This document shows positions 1 through 17,150 of a stretch of 64,000 bases of DNA, in pieces (within the stretch, counting starts at the first letter, position 1; every line of letters begins with the position of its first letter). The notes below the pieces were generated by a model. The model had not been told where the DNA came from. It saw only the letters and a program-made list of their open reading frames with translations, and did no database searches. The DNA is from the human T2T-CHM13v2.0 reference genome, Homo sapiens: the NCBI RefSeq assembly GCF_009914755.1, contig NC_060947.1; one strand, 5' to 3'. A program made the translations under genes and the position numbers.

Positions 1-443
1 AATATTTTCTGATATTCTGCAGGTTGTCTTTTCACTCTGTTTATTGTTTCCTTTGTTTGTGTGGAAGCCTTTTAGCTCAATGTAATCTTGTCTATTTTTG
101 CTTTTGTTGCCTGTGCTTTTAAGGTCATGACCATAAAACTTTGCTGAGACCAATGTCCTGAAGGATTTCTCCAATATTTTCTTCTAGTTTTACAGTTTTC
201 ATTGCTACATTTAAGTCTTTAATCCCATTTTCAGTTGATGTTTGTATATGGTGAGAGATAGGGGTCTAATTTTTTTCTTCTGCATATGGATAACCAGTTT
301 TCCCAGCACCATTTATTGAGGAAGCTGTCCTTTCCTCAATGTACATTGTTGGCACCTTTGTCAAAAATGAGTTGACTGTAAATGTGTGGATTTATTTCTG
401 TATTCTCTATTCTGTTCCATTAGTCTATGTGTCTGGTTTTATG
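1..443 (-). mobile_element. Old L1 (L1MA-like) ORF2 3' region, inverted segment; runs off window start
   Basis: Antisense L1 ORF2 motifs (ccagttttcccagcaccatttattg, cttctgcatatggata); strand switches abruptly at ~443. Confidence 0.85.
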
Positions 444-970
444 TCATCAACAGATGAATGGAAAATGTGGTACAGGTACACAAGGGAATATTATTTAGCC
501 ATAAAAAATAAAATCCTGTTATTTGCAGCAACATGGATGAAATTGAAGAATGGAATTGAAGTGAAATAATCCAGGGAAAGAATGACAAATATCACATATT
601 CTCATTCATATGTGAGAGCTAAAAAATAATCTCATGGAGGTAGAGAGTAAAATTGTGGTCACCAGAGGCTGGAAATTGCAGTAGGGAGGGCGGGATAAAA
701 AGAGATGGTTAATGGGTGCAAAGATACAGTTAAATAGAAGGAATAAGTTCTAAGTTTTGACCACAGTAGGGGAAATATAGCTAGCAATAATTTATCGTAT
801 ATTTCAAAATACCTGGAAAAGAAACTTCAGATTGTTCTTAATACAAATGATAAAATTTTTAGGTGATGGGTATCCCAAACACCCTGACTTCATGGTTACA
901 CATTGCATGCATGTATCAACACATCATATCAAGCCCATAAATATGTATAACTATTATTTATTATTTAAAA
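444..970 (+). mobile_element. L1MA-type 3' end
   Basis: atttgcagcaacatggatgaaattg, gtagagagtaaaattgtggtcaccagaggctgg and L1MA 3'UTR ending in an A-rich tail. Confidence 0.85.
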
Positions 971-1455
971 ACTAAATATTGCTTTTCTCATCTTAGTCTT
1001 TAGGCGGCTTTTAGTAGCTTCTTCATAACCTTAAACATTAGGCTACAAGCTGGCAGCTAGATTAGTAAATATGGCCAGAAAATACATTTTGTTTGGCCTT
1101 TAAGTTCTTTCTTTGACAAGTGAATTAGTAGCCACAGTTCAAAAATTGGGCAGAGACACACAAGAAAATTCATACTTTAGGTGTGGGCTCTCTCTTGCTT
1201 CACAGTCCCCGTTAGACTATTGACATCTATTTCTGTAGTTTGCCTCAATCATGCATCTAATTACATTTTTGATGCATACAAACACATTTGGAGAAAAAAT
1301 AATTTTCAAGAAGAATTCCTCAAAGTACAACTAAATCTTTTAAAGAGATTTTCCGACACAGGTATCACATTGTTCTCACCCTTGTTGAAGGGTAGACAGT
1401 CTCATGAAATAGATTTTGAAGCAATTATTCTCTAGAAAGTACAGATCAGCAGGCA

Positions 1456-1507
1456 CTTAAAGGCCATTTAGCCTTTCTGAGCTTAAAAGCCATTTAGCCC
1501 TTCTGCA
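1456..1507. repeat. 26-bp tandem duplication (2 imperfect copies)
   Basis: cttaaaggccatttagcctttctgag / cttaaaagccatttagcccttctgca. Confidence 0.8.
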
Positions 1508-2530
1508 GATTCCCTGGCAGCAGTTTCAATTCAACATCCCTTTCATCAGTTAGTAAAAAGTTAGTGGGTGTGACCCTCTCTCTGAGAACTGGTGAGAGGG
1601 AAGACATTTTTTTGCTTTTGAGTGAAAGAAAAATAGCCCATTTAAACACAAAATAAACTTTAAAAGTAACAATGTTTCTTTAGAAATGATTTAAGGCAAA
1701 TCTACATGGGACTGAATATTTCCCATTCAAGCCTATGTCTTTTTCACATTCATATGTACAACATAAAAAAAAAGTAGTAATAGCCTTTCAGCCTGATAGA
1801 GACATACTCCACAATATTCAAAACGCACACATCATAATCTTAAAATATTAAGAAGATGGGTATTGATTAAAGAAAATTTTAGAATTAATTTCACCTTTGA
1901 AATAAACATATGTGTTTCTGGAGGTTTACAAATTAGAACAGCTTTGTCCAATTTAAAGATATTTGTATAAGGGAGGGATTAATTCTGCAAATAAACCCTT
2001 TTAAATGCCCAAAGATAGAATATATCTTTACCTTTTAGCCAAATACAAATGGAAGTTTATACTATCTCTCCCTCTCCCGCCTCCTGGGAAGATTTTTCAA
2101 GGTTCCTCTACAATTCATAAAGAAAACAAGTTTGACATATATTTATCGACTCAGTCTAAAGCCTGGGACCAGCCAGATTCACAAGGCCCAGGCCCAGGGC
2201 ATTGTTTCTACACTTTAGTGATCCCAGCAGTTCTTCAAAATCCAGATCCAAAAACAATACTCACTTTGGTGTATCTCCACCCCTGTGTCAATCAGCTTGC
2301 CAGTCTTTCAGCCAAACTGAGGTTCCCAGAACCCCCCAAAGCTCTGTCCCTTTAATTAATGCACTTGTACACAGAGTCTGTTTTCTTTTATTCCCCAAGG
2401 TAAAAGATTGCCCTATTAACTTATTACAAGTGATAATACAGTTGGTGTAATTGTTTCATAACCTATTCCGGTCCACTTGTTTTGTTTGGAATGGGACTCC
2501 TCTCCACACTGATCTTAAAAGACAATTCAC

Positions 2531-3464
2531 CATAATTGGGGCAAGTGAAGAATAAGAATTTTTGCTTATTCTTACATGCAAAAAATGAACACAACATTTC
2601 CCCAACAAAAACACACCTACACAAGCACAGGCACACACATGAACAGACGCTTCAAGGCTGGTCTGACTCATCAACACCTTTTTGGTTGTGAGCATTTGGA
2701 ATTTAGAGTCAAAATCCTTCAGATTCTCCCTATCCATCCTGGGAAACCTGACAGAACCCTTTCTGCAGCAATTAAAATTACTCTTCAATGGGGAAATTCC
2801 AAAACAGACCAGAGCAAAGGGAAGCATTCTGCAGGTACTATCTATGGGTGTTCAAGACACATTAAGGCCACTCACTGACACCACAGATTTATAAAGCACA
2901 GCTTCTCAGCCCATTCTGTAATACTGGTGCATTACTATCTGCCCACTGACCTCCACTAGATGTTGACCACTGCCAGGATCCATTCTCTCTTCTTCACATG
3001 GCTCCTAGGGGCCTCAAGCAATGCATAATAAAACAGTGATTGTTTGGCAGGTAGAATTTTCTGTCTTATTTGACATACAGCATAGACCTATGCCATGGGA
3101 GTTACATAATGTACTAAGGCAGATCTGACTCAGAGAGAAGCATTCTTATAGGTTATACATGCTGCAATAAATTCTTATAATTTTCTTTCCATATCTCACA
3201 CTTTCAATACGACCTCTTAGACCAGCCGTGAGAAGATAGGAGCAGAGGATGAAACATTTTAGATGGAAAATTTAGATCCTTGTAACAAACAACGTCTGCC
3301 TTTAGTCCCTAGGAGTCTCTGATTTTATCTTTGTCTTGTCTCATTCTTCCCTAATGCAAGTTGACTATAACCAAACTCCTTAGTGCTTGAGGCCAAAGCA
3401 AACAACAACAACTTATATGTATCATATAAGCAAAAATTCTTATTATTCACTTTCCCCAATGATG
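2531..3464. repeat. 39-bp inverted repeat pair (2531-2569 / 3426-3464), 856-bp spacer
   Basis: Reverse complement of the left arm matches the right arm at 36/39 nt. Confidence 0.9.
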
Positions 3465-3465
3465 T

Positions 3466-3523
3466 CCTCTCTCTCTCTCTCTCTGTCTATCCCTGTGTGT
3501 GTGTGTGTTTGTGTATGTGTGTG
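3466..3523. repeat. Compound (CT)n/(GT)n microsatellite
   Basis: Direct reading. Confidence 0.9.
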
Positions 3524-3738
3524 TTGTATTGGTTGGGTGGAAGGTGTTATAACGTACTCTAAGCAAATATTTTTTCCAATGCCTACTGTAGACATTTTAC
3601 ATCAATTGATAGGAACAAAAGAAAGCCATGAAGGAATTATGAAACTATCACACAATTGAAATACTGAGGGTGAGTTTACCAAAGTTCCAAGACCCCCTTA
3701 AATTTACTATCAGGCCACTATAGAATTATTAATATTAG

Positions 3739-3827
3739 AACAGACACTTCTCAAAAGAAGACATAAAAGTGTCCAGCAAGCATATAAAAAATGCTCAACA
3801 TCATTCATCATCAGACAAATGCAAATC

Positions 3828-3830
<3 letters not shown>
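3739..3830 (+). mobile_element. Outer old L1 (L1PA15/16-like), 5' piece; continues at 11922
   Basis: ORF2 C-terminal NRHFSKED...MQIK sequence; the next consensus codons (TTMRYHL-like) resume at 11922. Confidence 0.75.
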
Positions 3831-4897
<1,067 letters not shown>

Positions 4898-5932
4898 GGC
4901 AGAGGAGCCAAGATGGCCGGATAGGAACAGCTCCGGTCTACAGCTCCCAGCGTGAGCGACGCAGAAGATGGGTGATTTCTGCATTTCCATCTGAGGTACG
5001 GGGTTCATCTCACTGGGGAGTGCCAGACAGTGGGCACAGGTCAGTGGGTGCGCGCACCGTGCGTGAGCCAAAGCAGGGCGAGGCATTGCCTCACTCGGGA
5101 AGCACAAGGGGTCAGGGAGTTCCCTTTCTGAGTCAAAGAAAGGGGTGACGGACGGCACCTGGAAAATCGGGTCACTCCCACCCGAATACTGCGCTTTTCC
5201 GACGGGCTTAAAAAACGGTGCACCACGAGATTATATCCGGCACCTGGCTCCGAGGGTCCTACGCCCATGGAGTCTCGCTGATTGCTAGCACAGCAGTCTG
5301 AGATCAAACTGCAAGGCGGCAGCTAGGCTGGGGGAGGGGCGCCCGCCATTGCCTAGGCTTGATTAGGTAAACAAAGCAGCCGGGAAGCTCGAACTGGGTG
5401 GAGCCCACCACAGCTCAAGGAGGCCTGCCTGCATCTGTAGGCTCCACCTCTGGGGGCAGGGCACAGACAAACAAAAAGACAGCAGTAACCTCTGCAGACT
5501 TAAATGTCCCTGTCTGACAGCTTTGAAAAGAGCAGTGGTTCTCCCAGCAGGCAGCTGGAGATCTGAGAACGGGCAGACTGCCTCCTCAAGTGGGTCCCTG
5601 ACCCCTGACCCCCGAGCAGCCTAACTGGGAGGCACCCCCCAGCAGGGGCATACTGACACCTCACACGGCCGGGTACTCCTCTGAGACAAAACTTCCAGAG
5701 GAACGATCAGACAGCAGCATTCGCAGTTCACGATAATCCTCTGTTCTGCAGCCACTGCTGCTGGTACCCAGGGAAACAGGGTCTGGAGTGGACCTCTAGC
5801 AAACTCCAACAGACCTGCAGCTGAGGGTCCTGTCTGTTAGAAGGAAAACTAACAAACAGAAAGGACATCCACACCAAAAACCCATCTGTACATCACCATC
5901 ATCAAAGACCAAAAGTAGATAAAACCACAAAG
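4898..5932 (+). promoter_or_regulatory. L1 5'UTR internal sense/antisense promoter
   Basis: Intact YY1 site caagatggcc (4909-4918), CpG-rich first ~500 bp, aaacaaa SOX-type motifs; activity not demonstrable from sequence. Confidence 0.75.
5041..5349 (-). pseudogene. L1 ORF0 (antisense), nonsense at codon 9
   Basis: ATG at 5349-5347 reads MAGAPPPA then TAG (5325-5323); downstream frame gives the ORF0-like ISDCCASNQRDS... Confidence 0.8.
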
Positions 5933-6949
5933 ATGGGGAAAAAACACAACAGAAAAACTGGAAACTCTAAAAAGCAGAGCACCTCTCCTCCTCCAAAGGA
6001 ACGCAGTTCCTCACCAGCAATGGAACAAAGCTGGATGGAGAATGACTTTGGCGAGCTGAGAGAAGAAGGCTTCAGACGATCAAATTACTCTGAGCTACGG
6101 GAGGACATTCAAACCAAAGGCAAAGAAGTTGAAAACTTTGAAAAAAATTTAGAAGAATGTATAACTAGAATAACCAATACAGAGAAGTGCTTAAAGGAGC
6201 TGATGGAGCTGAAAACCAAGGCTCAAGAACTACGTGAAGAGTGCAGAAGCCTCAGGAGCCAATGCGATCAACTGGAAGAAAGGGTATCAGCAATGGAAGA
6301 TGAAATGAATGAAATGAAGTGAGAAGGGAAGTTTAGAGAAAAAAGAATAAAAAGAAATGAGCAAAGCCTCCAAGAAATATGGGACTATGTGAAAAGACCA
6401 AATCTACGTCTGATTGGTGTAGCTGAAAGTGATGGGGAGAATGGAACCAAGTTGGAAAACACTCTGCAGGATATTATCCAGGAGAACTTCCCCAATCTAG
6501 CAAGGCAGATCAACATTCAGATTCAGGAAATACAGAGAACGCCACAAAGATACTCCTCGAGAAGAGCAACTCCAAGACACATAATCGTCAGATTCACCAA
6601 AGTTGAAATGAAGGTAAAAATATTAAGGGCAGCCAGAGAGAAAGGTCGGGTTACCCTCAAAGGGAAGCCCATCAGAATAACAGCTGATCTCTCGGCAGAA
6701 ACCCTACAAGCGAGAAGAGAGTGGGGGCCAATATTCAACATTCTTAAAGAAAAGAATTTTCAACCCAGAATTTCATATCCAGCCAAACTAAGCTTCATAA
6801 GTGAAGGAGAAATAAAATACTTTACAGACAAGCAAATGCTGAGAGATTTTGTCACCACCAGGCCTGCCTTACAAGAGCTCCTGAAGGAAGCACTAAACAT
6901 GGAAAGGAACAACCGGTACCAGCCGCTGCAAAATCATGCCAAAATATAA
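5933..6949 (+). pseudogene. L1 ORF1p (RNA-binding chaperone), premature TGA at 6320-6322
   Basis: MGKKHNRKTG... to ...LQNHAKI in a single frame, split by a CGA>TGA-type stop. Confidence 0.95.
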
Positions 6950-6997
6950 AGACCATCGAGACTAGGAAGAAACTGCATCAACTAACGAGCAAAATAA

Positions 6998-10841
<3,844 letters not shown>

Positions 10842-11089
10842 ACAATGAGATCACATGGACACAGGAAGGGGAACATCACACTCTGGGGACTGTTGTGGGG
10901 TGGGGGGAGCGGGGAGGGATAGCATTGGGAGATATACCTAATGCTAGATGATGCGTTAGTGGGTGCAGCGCACCAGCATGGCACATGTATACGTATGTAA
11001 CTAACCTGCACAATGTGCACATGTACCCTAAAACTTAAAGTATAATAAAAAAAAAAGTTGTTTTAACCATTCTAAAAAAAAAAAAAAAA

Positions 11090-11483
11090 AAGAAAATGTA
11101 GTCCATATATACTGAGGAATACTGTGCAGCCATGAAAAAATGAAACCATGTCGTTTGTGGCAACATGAGCTGGAGTTCATCATCCTAAGCAAACCAATGC
11201 AGGAACAGAAAATCAAACACTGAATATTTTCACTTATTAGTGGGAGCAAAATAAGGGGAATACATGGATACATAGGGGGGAACAATGGACACTGGGGCCT
11301 CCAAGAAGGTAGAGGGTTGGAGGAGGGAGAGGAGCACACACACACACACACACAAAAATATTGGGTATGAAGTTAAAAACCAGGGTGATAAAATTATCTG
11401 TACAACAAACCACTTTGACACAAATTTATCTATATAACAAACCTGTAAATGTACACCTGAACCTAAAATTAAAGCTTAAAAAA
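11090..11483 (+). mobile_element. 3' end of the intermediate L1 (L1PA13-15-like), with (CA)n at ~11335-11353
   Basis: Continues the host sequence after the TSD; ends aacctaaaattaaagcttaaaaaa. Confidence 0.8.
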
Positions 11484-11491
11484 TCCCACAA

Positions 11492-11608
11492 TAAATGACG
11501 AGTTAGTGGGTGCAGCACACCAGCATGGCACATGTATACATATGTAACTAACCTGCACATTGTGCACATGTACCCTAAAATTTAAAGTATAATAATGATA
11601 AAAAAAAA
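11492..11608 (+). mobile_element. Severely 5'-truncated L1PA2/PA3 (~110 bp)
   Basis: atgacgagttagtgggtgcagcacaccagc...taccctaaaatttaaagtataat plus A tail; TSD aaaaaatcccacaataa. Confidence 0.9.
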
Positions 11609-11619
11609 TCCCACAATAA

Positions 11620-12644
<1,025 letters not shown>

Positions 12645-12689
12645 GACTCATCTGTCTCCACTTCTTTATCTATTCTCTCCAAAAGTTAG

Positions 12690-12965
12690 CACAGTGTGGC
12701 TTCTGCCTTTCTCACTCAACAAAAACTGTTCTTTCTTGAGTTACCTATGATTCCTGGATTCTGAATCAAAACCAAGAGCTTTTTACTCTTTGATTTACTT
12801 GAATCAATACAGCATTTTGCCTGCATAACTACTCACAGCTCCTTGAAACTTTCTCTTCATCAGTTAATTTTCACAACTTTGCTCTTTCCTGGTTCTCCTT
12901 CTACCTCTCTGAATCCTCCATTTTGGGTTCTTCTGCACTGCCCATAAATATTAGCATTCCTCAGG
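12690..12965 (+). mobile_element. L2 fragment
   Basis: Degenerate L2 RT region (cagcattt...ctccttgaaac...cctggttctccttctacctctctg). Confidence 0.6.
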
Positions 12966-13112
12966 AAAGCAACAAATATAGAAAAATCTCTTCTGGTTGA
13001 AAGATGAACTACAAAATAACAAACTAACTACTTTCTAATTACTGATTTACATGGGGGAAGATCAATTTAGATATATTAATCCGAATAAAATTAGATTAAA
13101 CTGAGTCATACC

Positions 13113-13510
13113 AAAATGTGGTCCGTACATCCCATGAAATACTGTGCAGCTACAAAAAGAAAGGAGAGATCATTTCCTTTGCAGGAACATAGATGGGGCT
13201 GGAAGTCATTATTCTTAGCAAACTAACACAGGAACAGAAAACCAAATACCACATGTTCTCACTTGTAAGTGGGAGCTAATTGATGAGGAAAAAATGGACA
13301 CATCCGGGAGAATAAAACACATTGGGGCTTATCAGAGGGTCGGGGAGTGGGAGGAGAGAGAGGACTGGGAATAATAGCTAGTGGATGCTAAGCCTAATAC
13401 CTAGGTGATGGGATAATCTGTGAGGGTAACACGATGGCACACGTTTACCTATGTAACAAACCTGCACATACTGCACATTTACCTGTGAACTTAAAATAAA
13501 AGTTGGAAAT
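13113..13510 (+). mobile_element. 5'-truncated L1PA (PA8-13 class) 3' end
   Basis: aaccaaataccacatgttctcacttgtaagtgggagc...tgtaacaaacctgcac...aacttaaaataaaagttggaaat. Confidence 0.85.
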
Positions 13511-13827
<317 letters not shown>

Positions 13828-14984
13828 CCAATGAATATTAAAAAATAAGTAATTATAGATAGAATTAGTTAAAATTACTTTACATAGAGCAAGAAACTCA
13901 GTATTTGGCTATTTCCATTATACTGTAAATTGCTATCCTTGGGTAAGACAGTTAATTTTTTTGAGTCATAATTTTCCCTGTGTAAAATGCAGATAAATCC
14001 CAACTTTTTAAGTTTGCTAGTTGGAGTCTATCAGATTGTAGCTCATATTTTTTTTTCTTTTTATACTCAACAAAATTAAAAAATAAACCACAATTTAGTA
14101 ATTTTTAAATTTTTAAATTTTTCATTAGCATCTTCAAATTATAGTAGAATTAAATATAAATTCAGAAATGATTTTCTATTTTGTTTTCTTTTAAATATTC
14201 AAGCTTTATGTTGGTTAAACTTAAATGTTTAGTATGGCTGTATGTTTTAGATGTTCCAATAAGTTGTGAATTTATATAACTAAGAACTTTTCTAAATAAC
14301 AGAAAAAAATAAAATATTCAAAATCTAGTGTCTTAAGAATTTCAGATTGAAAAATTACTATCACACTAATTGGAAATTTTACTGACAAGTAACTTTTTAA
14401 TATTATTATTTTCTTAAGCTACAGAAGTACATGTCAGAGATCAGCAGTTTAAGGCTATTTACTGTGAGTTTATTGATTAATTGATTTTTCATATGTTGTT
14501 TACTGACTCCTTTTTTGCTCTCTTTAAAAAGAAATTATATTTATCTATAAAGAGTTTGAGAGACTTCTTATCAGAAGAATTGTTAAAAGAGATCCCTTCT
14601 AATTTTATAATTTCAAACAGTGTGCATGTGGAATGTAATCCCGTACAATATTGTTGTAGCCTATTTATTTTCTCTAACTGCTGGGTCATATTATCTTCTA
14701 TTCATTCATTATATAGGAAGAAATTACTGCCTACATATTTAGGTTTTAAATGATTTGCATGTGTATCATTATACAGTAAAATCATTAAAAGTCAAAAAAA
14801 CCTGGGTCATATCAGATAAAGCAAATCAAATAAATACAACACTATTAAAGTATTACAAGTAATCATCCACTCATAAATGAGAGGGACAACCTCAAATCCT
14901 TGCTCTCCCTTATTGTCATATCCAGGGGGTCATAAAACCCTATTAAATCTACCTTCTAAATATTTCTCAAATTGATTGCCTACT

Positions 14985-15652
14985 TGAAGCAAGTAAAACT
15001 CCAAAAAGAGAGAAGTTGGACAGCAAAATAAACTTTTGATCTCAACCAAATTTTGGGAGATCAGGGATTCTCTGGAGAGGGTGCTCTCAGATGTCAGCAA
15101 ATTGTCCTGTTGGTTTGAACCTTAAAGCTAGCCCATGCTGGTACTAAGCACTGATAGGATTTGTCAAAGGTCAGGAGTATATCCATTCAGAATCCCTCAG
15201 TGGTTATCACATGTGAACCCCCTCCAAAATTGAGACAGGTCTCAGTTAATTTAGAAAGTTTATTTTGCCAAAGTTTAGGACACATGCTTGTGACACAGCC
15301 AGAAAGTCCTGATGACATGTGTCCAAGCTGGTAAAGGCACAGCTTAGTTTTATACATTTCAGAGAGACATGAGACATCAATGAATATATGTAAGAAGTAC
15401 ATTGGTTCCATCAAGAAAGGCAGGGACAACTCAAAGCAGGGAGGGGGCTTTCAGGTCACTGGTAGGTAATAGAAAAATGGTTGTATGATTTTGAGTTTCT
15501 GATAATCCTTTCCAAAGGAGGCATTCAGAATATACATCTATCTCAGTGAGCAGAGGGATGACTGAATAAAATGGGAGGCAGATTTTGCCCTGAGCAGTTC
15601 CCAGCTTGACTTTTCTTTCTAGCTTAGTAATTTTGGGGCCCCAGGATTTTCC
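14985..15652 (-). mobile_element. MER4A-type LTR (15212-15652) plus ~230 bp of MER4-group internal leader (14985-15211)
   Basis: Minus strand reads ...aattactaagctagaaagaaaagtcaagctgggaactgctcaggg...ggggttcaca, followed by a PBS-like leader. Confidence 0.75.
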
Positions 15653-16805
15653 CACCATAGTACCCAATTAGTAATTTTTCCACTCTTTCTCTACTCCCTT
15701 ACTTCTGATTTGGGGTCCCCAGTGTCTATCGTTGCCATCTTTATGTCCACAAGTACCCAAAGTTTAGCTCCAATGTGTAAGTGAGAATGTGGGGTATTTG
15801 GTTTTCCGCTTCTGCATAAATTCACTTAGAATAATGGCCTCCAGCTGCATCTATATTGCTTCAAATAACATGTCATTCTTTTTATGGTTTTGTAGTATTC
15901 CATGGTGTATATGTATCATATTTTCTTTATCCAATCCAATGTTGGGGGGCATATGAGGGGACATTGGGTAATGTGATGCCTCCAGCTTTGTTGTTTTCTT
16001 TTAGGATTGGTTTGGCTATTCAGGTGCTTTTTCTGGTTCCATATGAATTTGAGAATAAAAAAAGAAAAAGTTTAATTTTTCTTTTATAAATAGTGCTGTG
16101 ATAAATCTAAAACTGCAGATGTCTTTTTGGTAGAATAATTTATTTTACTCTGGGTATATACAAGTAATAGACTTGCTAGGTCAATTGGTTATTTCATATT
16201 TTGTTCTTTGAGAAATATCCAATATGCTTTACACAGTGACTGAACTAATTTGCACTCCCAGCAAAAGTGTCTAAGTGTTCCCTTTTCTCCACAGCCTCAC
16301 CAACCTCTGGTTTTTTGTTGTTGTTGTTGTAGTTTTACTTTTTAATAATAGCCATTCTAACTGGTGTAAGATGGTATCTCACTGAGGTTTTAATTGGTGT
16401 TTCTCTGATGATTAGTAATGTTGAAGAATTTTTTCATGTTTGTTCACTGCTTGAATGTCTTCTTTTGAGAAGTGTCTGTTCATACATTTGTCCACTTTTT
16501 AGTATGGTTATTTGGTTTTTCTTGTTGATTTGTTTCAGTATCTGGATATTAGTCCTTTATCAAATGCATAGTATGCAAATATATTTTTCCATTTTATAGA
16601 TTGTCTGTTTAAGCTGTTGATAGTTTCTTTTGCAGTGCAGAAACTCTTTAGTTCAATTAAGTACCAATTGTCAATTTTTGTTTTTTGTTGTAATTGCTTT
16701 TGAAGACTTAGTCATTGATTTTTTGTGTAGTCCAATATTCAGAAGAGTATTTATTTGGTTTTCTTCTAGGATTTTTATAGTTTGAGGTTTTCCATTTAAG
16801 TGTTT

Positions 16806-17150
<345 letters not shown>

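Noticed and set aside
2005-2894. Overlapping 70-123-aa ORFs in unique DNA as host exons
   Set aside because: No recognisable protein similarity, ORFs overlap on both strands, and splice signals are unconvincing.
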